A DNA stretch of 64,000 nt from Diplonema japonicum (taxonomy: Eukaryota > Protista > Euglenozoa: Diplonemea): assembly GCA_964019335.1 (NCBI GenBank), contig OZ025706.1, positions 372,001-436,000 on the forward strand. The letters are read 5' to 3'. The notes beneath the pieces were generated by a model. The model ran no database searches and was not told the origin of the DNA. It worked only from the letters and a program-made list of their open reading frames with translations. Each line of letters begins with the position of its first letter. Position 1 is the first letter of the stretch. Positions 35,350-46,247 of this stretch are shown here, in pieces. The position numbers and the translations under genes were made by a program.

Positions 35350-36303
35350 TCACGGAGAGATTAGGTAAGCCTGCGAGAAGAGGGATGTGTCACCACTAAT
35401 CAGGGGGTAGTGCCAAATCAACTTGTTCCACTCGGTTTGCTGGTTCGGGAACTTGTGGGTGGACTTTCTGGCCTCGGAGATAAAAAAATCAGCGAGGGCT
35501 TGCGTGCCCTTCATGGCTGCGGGGGAGTGATTGATACACGGCTCTAAGGGGAGGTTTTTGTCCTGGGGGTTCACAGCCCACTCATAAGCATTTCTCTCAG
35601 GGTGCCACTGGGTAGAGTAAACCGGATAATTCATGGCTTCAATGGTTGACACAAACTCCTTTCCGTTCCTGTCCTTGTTTGTGGAGAGGACTTTGAAAAA
35701 CGAGGTAAGTTTCGCTGACGCTTCAAAGTCCTTGGGCGTCACACCCAGGGAGTGCGCGTTAAGAGGCACAGCGTTCGATTTGTTACTGAGAATGTTCCTG
35801 ACGAAGTCTCCCTCTCCGCTGGTACCGTAGAACATTCTCGCTGAGTCAGCGTTCTGAGTGAGGTCGAGGGCAATGGTGATGTTCTCAGAGTCGAACCCAG
35901 GGGTGACAACGGAGTTGTCCTCCGCCACCATTTGCATCAACCATTCAAACCCTAAGCACGTCCCCCACACGGGGAAATAATCACCAGCATCATTGGCAGC
36001 AAGCGCTTTGTGGAAAATTCTTGTTGCTGCTGCGTTTCTGTCCACACCGCCTCCTGGGAACAGTACGCCGTTCACACCCTCGAAGATGGTGTCCACCTCG
36101 GCATCCGTTGCATTGTATCGAACGGGTATGACCCTCCCGCCTGCAGATTCAATCCATTTCACGTAAGATGCTGCAATGTACTCCCCCACATCGGGCTTGC
36201 CATTCCCTGACTCTGTGACGGGATGCGCCCACACTGCAATGATAGGCCTGTCCGTTGACAGCGTCAGCATCGCCACCGTGGTTGCCACGGCTATGAACGA
36301 CAT
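35350..36303 (-). CDS. GGH: Gamma-glutamyl hydrolase (peptidase C26), with signal peptide
   Basis: RPIIAV, YIAASYVKWIESAGGRV, GVLFPGGG, VWGTCLGFE (catalytic Cys), QWHPE (His). Confidence 0.93.
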   Translation of the reverse strand: MSFIAVATTVAMLTLSTDRPIIAVWAHPVTESGNGKPDVGEYIAASYVKWIESAGGRVIPVRYNATDAEVDTIFEGVNGVLFPGGGVDRNAAATRIFHKALAANDAGDYFPVWGTCLGFEWLMQMVAEDNSVVTPGFDSENITIALDLTQNADSARMFYGTSGEGDFVRNILSNKSNAVPLNAHSLGVTPKDFEASAKLTSFFKVLSTNKDRNGKEFVSTIEAMNYPVYSTQWHPERNAYEWAVNPQDKNLPLEPCINHSPAAMKGTQALADFFISEARKSTHKFPNQQTEWNKLIWHYPLISGDTSLFSQAYLISP

Positions 36304-36744
36304 TTTTTTCTCTCTTTTTTTTTTTTTTTTTCTCCTCCCCCTTTTCATAGTATCCAGGGTTAACCGATCACCTTCGGGTTTTAAAACCCAACCCAAGCAA
36401 TTTTAGATTTTCGATCACAGTCGGGTTAATGATGGGTTTTTTTGTAATTTCGGATCGGTTTTTTTTTAAATTTTGGATCGGTTTGATCGATCCAAAACCC
36501 ATATTTCTGGCAAAAAATACCAAGGCCATGCTCAATTTTTTTTCAAAAACCCTATTTTGACGATCTGAGCCCATTCCAGCTATCAAAACCCAAAATAGAG
36601 CCTTATTTAAGGCTTTAAATGCAGTTTTGAAAACTGGTTTTCAGACTTATTATTATGTACCGGGTCAGGGTTTGTTTATGCGCACGAGCGGAATTTTACC
36701 TAATAAAAATAGCTCATTACGCTGCCATCAACTAGTTTTTCTAG

Positions 36745-37133
36745 CGCGGCTTCGCAACGGTACGCGACAGCCTACCTCTGCAGACGTGTCTGAGGGGGAA
36801 TGGCTGTCCTACTCGGCCATAGCCCAAATGGACCACAGCCTTGAGACGACCTCATTCGATATCGAAGCGTGGTGGCTGGCTCAGAAAGCTGCTCTCCCTG
36901 TTTTGCATGACAGGGCCTTGTCGCTGCTGTACGCGCAGCCTGTGGTAACAGCCGTGGACGCGGTGTTCTCCTCGATCGACGCCAAGTTCGGAGAGATGCG
37001 TCGCGTCCGCCTCACACCAGACGTACGAAGGCAGCTGTTGTTCTTGTACCTGAACCAGGACATCAGCAGTGCTCTGTCTTCGTCTGACAAGCACCACGTT
37101 CTCAGGCACGCCGGGTTGCAAGCAGGGAGGTAA
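36745..37133 (+). pseudogene. hAT transposase C-terminal dimerisation domain fragment
   Basis: FDIEAWWLAQKAALPVLHDRALSLLYAQPVVTAVDAVFS...RRVRLTPDVRRQLLFLYLN matches the hATC pattern (WW...P.L...A...L..P......R.FS...R.RL); no catalytic core upstream. Confidence 0.8.
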
Positions 37134-37309
37134 GAAATTGGGCGTTCATCGCTGTGTGCGTGCATTCAGTTCTCTGTGGGTGAACATCCTGCCTCAACGG
37201 GCGCGCTTCCGTGCGTCCCATGGAGTCCCATTCTAGGCGCCCTGTGCATTGCTACACTTCCCGTTCAAGTTTCAATGTTTTTCATAATTGACTTTCGCGC
37301 CTAGTTAAA

Positions 37310-37845
37310 AACCCGCCAAAAACAGGGAAAATCCCGATTTTCGGGAAAATAATCCTTTTCTAAGTCGTTTCGATGCAGGCTTTGTGTATCTGGGAGGTCC
37401 GGGAGACGAATACAAGGGTTATAAGAATGGTTGCACGCTCTCCCCCGTTCTAATTATTGATTTTTGATTTCGCTCCTATTTAAACAGAAAAAAGAAGAAA
37501 AACCGCCAAAAAAAAGGGAAACCCCAGCTTTTCAGGAAAATAATCCTTCTCTAAGTCGTTTTGATGCTCCCTGGGGTCGGCTTTGTGTATCTGGGGGGCC
37601 CGGGGGACGAATAGAAGGGTTATTATATGCATGGTTGCATGCTCTCCTCCTGTTTTAATTTTTGATTTTCGATTTTTTTTTTTGTTTTTTCGCTTTTAAA
37701 TAAAACACCCGCCAAAAAAAGCGAAAAAACAGCTTTTCGGGAAAATAATCCTTTTCTAAGTCGTTTTGATGCTCCCTGGGGTCGGCTTTGTGTATCTGGG
37801 GGGGCCCGGGACGAATATAAGGGTTTTAAGCATGGTTGCATGCTC
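37310..37845 (+). repeat. Three about 190-205-nt tandem repeats in the right arm of the hAT element
   Basis: aataatcctt(t/c)ctaagtcgttt...ggctttgtgtatctggg...atggttgca recurs at about 37348, 37539 and 37744. Confidence 0.85.
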
Positions 37846-38001
37846 GCCTTTCATTTGACGTCAATTTAAAACCCGATTGTAATTAAAAACCCGCGGGTGA
37901 TCGGTTAACCCTGGATACTATGCCTTTTTTGTGGAAAAAGGATTTGAGAGAGGGGAAGAGGATAAAAAAAAGTTCCTTTTTTTTTTTTCTTCTTTTTTTT
38001 G

Positions 38002-41000
38002 TCATGCTCCTAAAATAACCGCTTTCGTTCGGTCCCTTGGGCCTTGCTGCCTTTGGGCCTCTTTCATGATGTCGTTGGCCCAGCCGGTTGCTTTTCTCGG
38101 GCGGCTGTAAGTGATGGACACGGCCCCTTTGGAGGACATCTTCACGTTGGAAGTCAGTCCTCTTTGCATGTTGAAGAAGTGGGTGACAAGCTGGATGGGA
38201 AGCGCTCGGCGGTGCCAGAATTCTCCGTTCTTCGCAGGTTTGAACCTGTAGACGCCCAGTTCGTTCTCCACCTTGTCCCTTTCCCCGAGGCGCTCAAGGC
38301 GCTCATTCAAGCGCTGCTCCCTGATAGGCGCCAGGCCCTGCGATTCTCCGAGTGCGACTGTGTGTTGATTTTTTTTTCCCCTCTCTTTTTCTCTCACATA
38401 CTCTCAGGTGTCCTCGAGATGGGTCCCTGCCCCCTCCCTCCCAGCATCTTTCTGTAACGCACCATGTTCGTCCTGGGGTCTAACACCTCCACGACCACAT
38501 CCTGTTTTTTGTTTCAAAAAAAAAGGGGGGGTTATGTACCGTCTTCCTCTCCTTGCTCTTTTTAAGCATATCCGTCTTCAGCAACTCTTTAGCATGTCTC
38601 TCCACAGCTCTGTCGGAGGGGCCGCGCAGCAGCTGAAGGGGGGTTTTTTTTTCTTGTTTTCTTTTTTATTTGTTGTCATACCGCCGGCCCTATCTCGTCC
38701 AGCTTCGACGTCTTCACCACTGCTTTGGCCTGGTACCTGAAGGTCGCTTTGCTCATGTCGACGGCCTTCTTCTGTTCATGAATGGCAACCGCTGTTGATA
38801 TCTGGTCGTGGTCCATCCAGGGGAACCTGTTTTGTGTCGTTGGTTTGACTTTAGTGCATTCTGTGCATACCCCATGTAGTGAGGCCCCATCTGCTTCTGC
38901 TTCAGCTCCCCCTTCGCCGCCATCTCCGACAGCAGCGAGGGCTCGTTGTTCTTGCCTAGCCCGTCTGTCATTTTCATGGTGACCCCCAAGTGGGGCTCCG
39001 TCCACTCGTTCTTGTAGACAGTCCTGTTGGAGTCAACAGGCTGCGCTGCGTACAGAACATCACGCGGGACTTCCTCAAGCAGGTCGGTGAAGCTCTTCCA
39101 TTTCGCTGCAGGGGACATCTTCCCCTTCTTCTTCTCCTTCGGGTCCTCTACAGAAGTGTCCTCATGCTTGGGCAAGCCGAACCCTGCATCGGCAGCTGCG
39201 TCCATCCCTCCCTCGCCTCCATCTTCCATTTTCGGCTCTGGCAGTGCAGACTGCACGATCCTGTCCTTCAACTTCTGTTCTTCCAGGTCGGGCTCCGCTT
39301 GTTGCTTCATGGCTAGCACCTGTTTGGCAAGCGAGTCAAGGTCCATGTCAGTGAACGAGGGGACGGGGTGCACGGGCTCCGTCTCCCCTTCCTCCCCTTC
39401 CCCTTCCTCTGCCAAGTCGTGTGTATCATCCACAATGCGCAGTTTGAGCTTCAGGTCAGACTTCAACTTGAAACCTTCGAACCCGAGGTACCTATAGGGC
39501 ACTCTAGGGTCGAAACGTGTAGACGGGATGCTGAGGTGGTGCCACGCACGGGGTGCAGGAAGTGGGGGTGCTGGTGTCACGTCGATAGCCTCGATGTCCA
39601 ACGTCTCGTGGGCGGCGGTGTCGGGGACGGATGCCACCTCCTCCGGTGCGTGGAGCGCTGATGTGTTTGGTTCAAGGACAGCCTCTGCCACTGCTTTTCG
39701 AGGTGTTGCACTCTGATGCTCCATGATGGCCTCGTCCCACACATCGCCGAGCCCCTTCGTGATGTCCTCTTTGATGTCGTTGAGGTCGAAGCCGTACCGC
39801 ATCTTGTCGATGACGTGCTCTTCGTTGCGGACCACCTTTGCCTCCACCTCTGCAGGTGACAGGGTGTCCCACTCCTCCTTCGTGATGTCGGGGTCTGTTG
39901 CGAAGGTGGGGGTGTACTGCGTCACACCACGCCGCGCGTCGGAACGCTCCCCAAGCCCGCGGCGCACCCACTCCCTGTTGTACCGCTGCTGGTCGGAGGG
40001 GTACTCCGTGGCAACGTCTTGCAGGGCGGCAAGCTTTTCTTCATGTATGGCAGACTCTATCTTTTTAGGTTTTTGCAACGAGTCGACGTACCCTTCCAAT
40101 GTGGTAGGTGCCATGCCGGGGCCGAGGGGCGCACCGCCCTGTACTGTGTTGTGCATGTAGGGGTTCTTGATGAGCGGGTTGTACCGCGCGCCCATGCCCT
40201 CCATGTACATCCCGAGTTTCTTTTCTTGTTGTTTCTCAAGGGTAACTAGGGCCATCTCAGCCTCACGGGCAACTTCCGGCATCCCGTATTCGGACTCGTT
40301 GATCGACTTTGTGACTCTGTCCTGCCAGGAGTCGAGAAGCTTGAAGCTCTCTGCCATCGCAACACGTTCTTCAATAAGACGTTCCTTCTCTTCTGCGGTT
40401 CGCTTCCCGAGGTCTGCGACGATGCTGCGCTGCTCTTCAACACGCTTCCACCACGGTAAGAGCTCCGACTGCATTGTGATGTACCCCCTCAGCTTGTCGA
40501 TACCCCACCCGTACAACGAGGACACCGGTACGATCGGGAGGTTGATGGAGGTTCGAAAGTTTTTCTTTGAGAATTCAACATAGAGCTTGTTCATAAGCCT
40601 GCACAGTGCATCGTGGGGGATCAAGTCGGCCTTCGTGATGACAATGGTGGTGAGGGAGACACGCGTGACGAGTTCGGGTATCGTCTTTAACCATTTCTGA
40701 TCGGTGATGGTAAGACCTCGCGTGGCATCAATACAGTAAAACGTCCCTTTAAGCTGCCGTCTCGTCCCTTCATAGTATTGCGACACACATTGATGAAAGG
40801 CATCTTTTGCGTAAGGCCGAAGCTCGTCAACAGGAAACCCAGGCAGATCGACTAACATCCCACCCCAATGGGTTTTAGATATTCTGGTCGACGCTGGGTA
40901 TTTTGTCGGCCCGTCTGCCCACACATCCTTCCAGAGTTTTGGATCGGGAGCCTGGTAGAAGTCGATGGTCTTGACGCCGGAGTGTTGATTTCCTGAGGAA

Positions 41001-41722
41001 GCTAGTTTTTGTTCAGTGAGTGCGTTGATTAGAGATGACTTGCCGCATCCTTCTGAACCGAAAAACGCAACTTCAGAAGCAGAACCAGGGCCGGAGTCGA
41101 GATACGTGTCGTTTGGGCCACCTTGATACACGAGCTTCCACTTTTTGTTCACGTAAACATCCTGCCCCATCTTTATAGCAGAGGGGACTAAGATGTTTGT
41201 GATGTTGGGAGGCGGGGGGACAAGCTGCTTGTTGAACGTGAACATGTCTTTTGACGGCTGTGTTACCATTTTGAGCGATTTTCGGGCTTCTTTTCTTGTA
41301 ACGGCCTTGAGGACTCGAGATTCCATTTTCATGATTTCAGTTTCAACGAATTTGTCTTCGTCTGCGCCAGGGATCGTCTCTTCGGGGAAATCGGACGCCG
41401 GGGGTTGTTCGGGGTCTTTTCTTTCGTCCATGTTCCATCCGCCCTCATCGTCAAAGGAGATATACTCCGATTGGTGTTTTTGGATTCCTTTTTTTTTGTA
41501 TCTTTCGAACTGGTCGTTGTCTGGTGTGTCGTCGTCCCCAAAGCCCACCACGCCTGTCCGTTCTCTACCCCCTCCTCTCTCTCTGATCTCCTCCCATCTT
41601 CTTTCCCAACTGTTGTTTGCCACGGAACGTTTCGCATCGTCCACCCGCGTCTCTTCCTTTCTCTTCCAATAGCTCGACCACCTTTTCCCTGTCCCCGAGA
41701 CTTTCTGCGACACCCGCTTCAT
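38002..41722 (-). CDS. EngB/YihA-family GTPase with long extensions (probable mitoribosome assembly factor)
   Basis: EVAFFGSEGCGKSSLINAL (G1), LVDLPGF (G3), ITKAD (G4), PVSS..GWGIDKL (G5). Introns 38827-38870, 38633-38681, 38502-38539 and 38358-38401 join the C-terminal exons to the stop at 38002. Confidence 0.8.
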
Positions 41723-42023
41723 TCTTTCGCTCACGTGGTCAACATGATGCCTTTTTTGAGTGTTTTTTTTTTTTTTTTCTTGCTTAAATTTTTTTTTGTT
41801 CTCTTTCTTTTTTTTTCCCTCGTCCTTGGTAGGGTCAAAAAATAAAGGGAAAATGTTACATATGGGGGAGGATGAATAAATGGGTGGAACGGGCTATTTT
41901 TTTTTTTTTTCTGCTCTGTTTTGGTGTTTCAAAAACAGCCACAAAAAAAGACCAGGAGACGAGGAGGGGGAAGAATGAACAATGGAAAAAAAAAAAAAAA
42001 AAAGAAGAAGGGAAAAAGAAAAA

Positions 42024-43157
42024 CTACTCAGCAGGTTCTTCCTCTTCTTTTTCTTCGGCTTCTTGCTGTTGCTTTAGCTGGCGTTCGATTTCCTTTTGCT
42101 CCTCCTCATCGGGGTCCTGCTCTTCGCCGTCGATATCTTCGCCTAAATCGTCCTCCCAGGTATCGAGGCCAGGGAAGTCCTTCCCGCCTTCTTTCTTTGC
42201 CTTCATAAGGTCATCCCTTGCAGTACGGTACTCAATGGCTGTCCAGAGTAGTTGAGAGACGATGCTGGCAGCCTGACCCGAGGCACGGATGACCTCCTCA
42301 TCATCACGTGTTGTGGAGAGGATTCGTTCCACCCTGAGTATTCTTCTTTTTGGGATGGAAACTGGGTCCAGGGTCTTGAGTTGCTCTAAAAACGGGTGGG
42401 GTTTGATATTTGTCTTGAGCTGGCCCCATGTGGCGAGTTTTGATGGGGTTGCGTCGATTTTCTCGCCGTTGGGCTTTGTGCCCGGTAGCTTTCCAAATAA
42501 GTAAAACGTACACCGGATGACCTTCTCGACAGACGGCTCAACTTTCTGTTTCACCTTCAAATCTGCTATGTTGCCTTTGCTCAGTTCGTTGATGTAAGCC
42601 TTCCATCGCTGGAAGAGCTTCTCTGCCTTCAGCATATCCAATTCCTTCTCCTTCTCTTCGTCCTTCGCGTCCTGGTCCACCAAGTTGTCGTACCCCACAG
42701 TCTCCGGGTCGTATGTGCCTTCTTCGTCCAGCTGCTCGCCAAACGCTTCAAGGTGCACTCTTAGCTCCGACTGTTTGATTGATTTTTTTTTTTTTTTTTT
42801 TTGATTTACCTCTCTATCGTTTCTTTCTTCAACAGACTTCAAATGGCATTTCCACTCCCTTTGGATAGCCTCCGAGGCGCTCTTCTCCTTTCCTGCCTGC
42901 TGCCTGTTCCATTCCTGTTTGTTTGTGTTAGATTTTGTCCCCCCCCCCCTCCCCGCTGGTACCTCTCTCTCGGTCTGCAACTGTTCCTCTTTAGCCTTCC
43001 TCTCTGTATCAGCCTCCTTTTCGTCCAGATGGTGTTGCAACCACAGCGCCAGATACTCCACAGGATCGGCGGGGGCCTCGTTGATGGTGTTGGCTATCCC
43101 CCGTGCCAGCACCTGTCCCAGGCCGTCCATCAGGAAGCTCGTGTCAACGGATGTCAT
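42024..43157 (-). CDS. Dpy-30-motif coiled-coil protein (probably flagellar)
   Basis: FLMDGLGQVLARGIANTINEAPADPVEYLALWL is a Dpy-30 motif; in-frame introns 42915-42962 and 42771-42809. Confidence 0.78.
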   Translation of the reverse strand: MTSVDTSFLMDGLGQVLARGIANTINEAPADPVEYLALWLQHHLDEKEADTERKAKEEQLQTEREVPAGRGGGTKSNTNKQEWNRQQAGKEKSASEAIQREWKCHLKSVEERNDREVNQKKKKKKSIKQSELRVHLEAFGEQLDEEGTYDPETVGYDNLVDQDAKDEEKEKELDMLKAEKLFQRWKAYINELSKGNIADLKVKQKVEPSVEKVIRCTFYLFGKLPGTKPNGEKIDATPSKLATWGQLKTNIKPHPFLEQLKTLDPVSIPKRRILRVERILSTTRDDEEVIRASGQAASIVSQLLWTAIEYRTARDDLMKAKKEGGKDFPGLDTWEDDLGEDIDGEEQDPDEEEQKEIERQLKQQQEAEEKEEEEPAE

Positions 43158-43497
43158 TGTGGAGCCTGAAGCACATGGTGAGGGTGGGTGGGTGTATGGG
43201 AAAGATTAAAGAATAATAAACTCGATCTTTTAACATCAAGGTGGCACGTTCAGTACCATCACCACAGTTGAAAAGGAAAACTTTGTAAAGGGAAGTTGGA
43301 CGAGGAACAGAAAAAAAAGAAAACAGCACATTGGGGGAAGCAGGGTGTCACCCCCGACACCTAGCATGGTGTATCACATAAGATACCAGTGGAGAATGCC
43401 GGGGGGCGGAGAACAGCCACTTTTCTGCAACCCAATTGTCACAAAGAAGAAAGAAAGAAAGAAAGAACTGAAAAGGGAAAGAATGTCAAACCCGCGA

Positions 43498-44049
43498 TCA
43501 ATTCTTAGGAGCGGGGCAGGAGTTGTCCTCGTGTTTGGTTGAGGAGGCCTGGAGGGGGACGGCCTTCATGGCGAGCATGATGTTCTTGTAGTTCATGCCG
43601 TTGTCGCCGAGCGCACCGTTGATGTCTGAGAGGGAGAAGACGCGGAGTGTGGTGACGTTGGCAGCCATTGGGTCAGAGAAGATCATGAAGTTCACAGTGT
43701 CCCTGTAGGGGCCCGAGGTCACGTACTTCCCGGGCATAGGGCTTGTGTGGTAGGCCTGGCCGAGGTAGTGAAACTGCTCATAGTTGTAATCAGCAGAAAA
43801 TCCGAAGGTGCCGTCAGAGGTCGTCTGCCAGGCGTACCTCCCGTCGGGCCCACCGTTCGCCAACGTTGCGAAAATTGCAGCCTTCACCTGTGTCGGGGTG
43901 TTGTTCTTGTAGGTGAACAGCATCTTGCAGCACGCAGTCCCACAGCTCCCCAGATCGCGGTTCTGACAGTCCGGGTCTGTGGGGGGACCGCCGTTGCATG
44001 CCATCGCCACACCGCTTGCAAGCAGAACCAGACCAAGAGTTTTCATCAT
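43498..44049 (-). CDS. Secreted Cys-rich protein, paralogue 1 (DUF1499-like fold possible)
   Basis: Signal peptide MMKTLGLVLLASGVAMA; GSCGTACC; near-identical to the two adjacent genes. Confidence 0.85.
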   Translation of the reverse strand: MMKTLGLVLLASGVAMACNGGPPTDPDCQNRDLGSCGTACCKMLFTYKNNTPTQVKAAIFATLANGGPDGRYAWQTTSDGTFGFSADYNYEQFHYLGQAYHTSPMPGKYVTSGPYRDTVNFMIFSDPMAANVTTLRVFSLSDINGALGDNGMNYKNIMLAMKAVPLQASSTKHEDNSCPAPKN

Positions 44050-44603
44050 TTTTTTTTTTTGTAATACAAATGTGTATTCTGAATAATGTGCCCCCCCCTC
44101 CCCACGATTCCCCAAATATATTTCAATGTTTTTTCTTGACCGGAGGGTATATTGAATATATTGAAAATATATTTGGGGAACGGTGGTTTTTTTTTTTCTT
44201 TTTTTTTTCGCGACAGGATAATAAATAAATAAATAAAAACGAATAAAGACAAAAAGAAACAACAAGAAGAAAAGAACAAACGGGCTACGTTTGGCGAGCT
44301 GGGACATGAGATCCCCTCATGAAGGCAGCAAAAAAAGCTGCCGATGTGACAGGGGAGGGCTTTTTTTTTTTTGTTTTTTTTGTACCCCTCTTTTTTCGAG
44401 AACGAACGGTAACCGAACGTGAATGCCGAAGGCGTGCCAGCAGCCGCAGTAAAACGTGCGCAGTAAAAATTTTAAAAAGAAGAAAAAAAAGAAAAAAAAA
44501 AAGAAAAGAAAGGAAAAGACAAGAGATAAGAAACCAAGTCACACAAAGGGTAAGTACAAGTTACTAAGCTACTTGTACCCCTTCATCCATGACGACGGTG
44601 ACC

Positions 44604-45151
44604 TCAGTTCTGGTCAGGGCAGGACTCGTCAGCATGTGTGACACCGGTAGCGGTGATGGAGACGGCCTTCATGGCGAGCATGATGTTCTTGTAGTTCATG
44701 CCGTTGTCGCCGAGCGCACCGTTGATGTCTGAGAGGGAGAAGACGCGCACTGTGGTGGCGTTGTTGTTCTTCCCGTCCTCGAAGATCATGAAGTTCACAG
44801 TGTCCCTGTAGGGGCCCGAGGTCACGTACTTCCCGGGCATGGGGCTTGTGTGGTAGGCCTGGCCGACGTAGTGGAACGGGTAACGGTTGTAGTTAGCAGA
44901 GAAGGCAAAGGTACCGTCAGCGGTCGTCTGCCAAGCGTACCTCCCGTCGGGCCCACCGTTCGCCATCGCGGTCACAATGGCATCCTTCACCTGCGTGGGG
45001 CTGCTGTTCTTGTAGCTGAACAGCATTCTGCAGCACGCAGTCCCACAGCTGCCGTGGTCGGGGTTCTGACAGTCCGGGTCTGTGGGGGGACCACCGTTGC
45101 ACGCCATCGCCACACCGCTTGCAAGCAGAACCAGACAGAAAGCCTTCATCA

Positions 45152-45152
<1 letters not shown>
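44604..45152 (-). CDS. Secreted Cys-rich protein, paralogue 2
   Basis: 182 aa tandem paralogue with signal peptide. Confidence 0.85.
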
Positions 45153-45184
<32 letters not shown>

Positions 45185-45415
45185 CTGTGTTAGTTTATTG
45201 AGAGAAAAATACAAACAAAAGAAAAAATATAAAAAAAAAAAAAATAAAGCAAGAAGAACACGTTGGGGTTTGCCAGCGACGAGGACACCTCCGCATGGAC
45301 CGCGATGGCGGTTGCCCGATGCTGCGGCCCTGGAGGTGGCTCTACATGGCTTCCGAAAACAAACAGAAAAAAATAAAAGAAATAAAAATAAAAAGAGGGC
45401 AGCTTAACGAGATCG

Positions 45416-45967
45416 CTAGTTCTTAGGAGCGGGGCAGGAGTTGTCCTCGTGCTCGGTGTCGGTGGCAGTGATGGAGACGGCCTTCATGGCGAGCATGATG
45501 TTCTTGTAGTTCATGCCGTTGTCGCCGAGCGCACCGTTGATGTCTGAGAGGGAGAAGACGCGCACTGTGGTGGCGTTGTTGTTCTTCCCGTCCTCGAAGA
45601 TCATGAAGTTCACAGTGTCCCTGTAGGGGCCCGAGGTCACGTACTTCCCGGGCATGGGGCTTGTGTGGTAGGCCTGGCCGACGTAGTGGAACGGGTAGTA
45701 CTGGTAGTCCTGCGAAAACCCGAAAGTACCTCCGGCCGCCGTCTGCCAGGCGTACCTCCCGTCGGGCCCACCGTTCGCCAGTGCAGTCACAATTGCGTCC
45801 TTCACCTGCGCCGGGGTGTTGTTCTTGTAGGTGAATAACATTCTGCAGCACGCAGTCCCACAGCTCCCAAGATCGTGGTTCTGACAGTCCGGGTCTGTGG
45901 GGGGACCGCCGTTGCACGCCATCGCCACACCGCTTGCAAGCAGAACGAGACAGAAAACCTTCATCAT
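45416..45967 (-). CDS. Secreted Cys-rich protein, paralogue 3
   Basis: 183 aa tandem paralogue with signal peptide. Confidence 0.85.
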   Translation of the reverse strand: MMKVFCLVLLASGVAMACNGGPPTDPDCQNHDLGSCGTACCRMLFTYKNNTPAQVKDAIVTALANGGPDGRYAWQTAAGGTFGFSQDYQYYPFHYVGQAYHTSPMPGKYVTSGPYRDTVNFMIFEDGKNNNATTVRVFSLSDINGALGDNGMNYKNIMLAMKAVSITATDTEHEDNSCPAPKN

Positions 45968-46213
45968 TTTTTTTTTTTTTTTGAATACCCTTTCGTGTTT
46001 ATTACATTATTGTTACTTAAGCCGGGAGATGAAGACGAAGACGAAGAAAAGAGGGAAAAAAGAAAAAAAAAAGCGGGGACACATAAAAAAAAAGGGGGTA
46101 GGGGTAGGGGTAGGTGAGATAGCAGTGCAAATGGATATAAATAAGGGAAAGACACCATTCACGGTGCGCAAAAAAGAATTTTTTTTCCCCCACCGTTTCC
46201 TTAGACCTACAAA

Positions 46214-46247
<34 letters not shown>

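Larger units (their letters stand above)
36346..37922 (+). mobile_element. Internally deleted hAT DNA transposon
   Basis: Perfect 27-bp TIRs CATAGTATCCAGGGTTAACCGATCACC; flanks cccctttt/cctttttt (degenerate 8-bp TSD); contains a hAT dimerisation-domain remnant. Confidence 0.9.
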
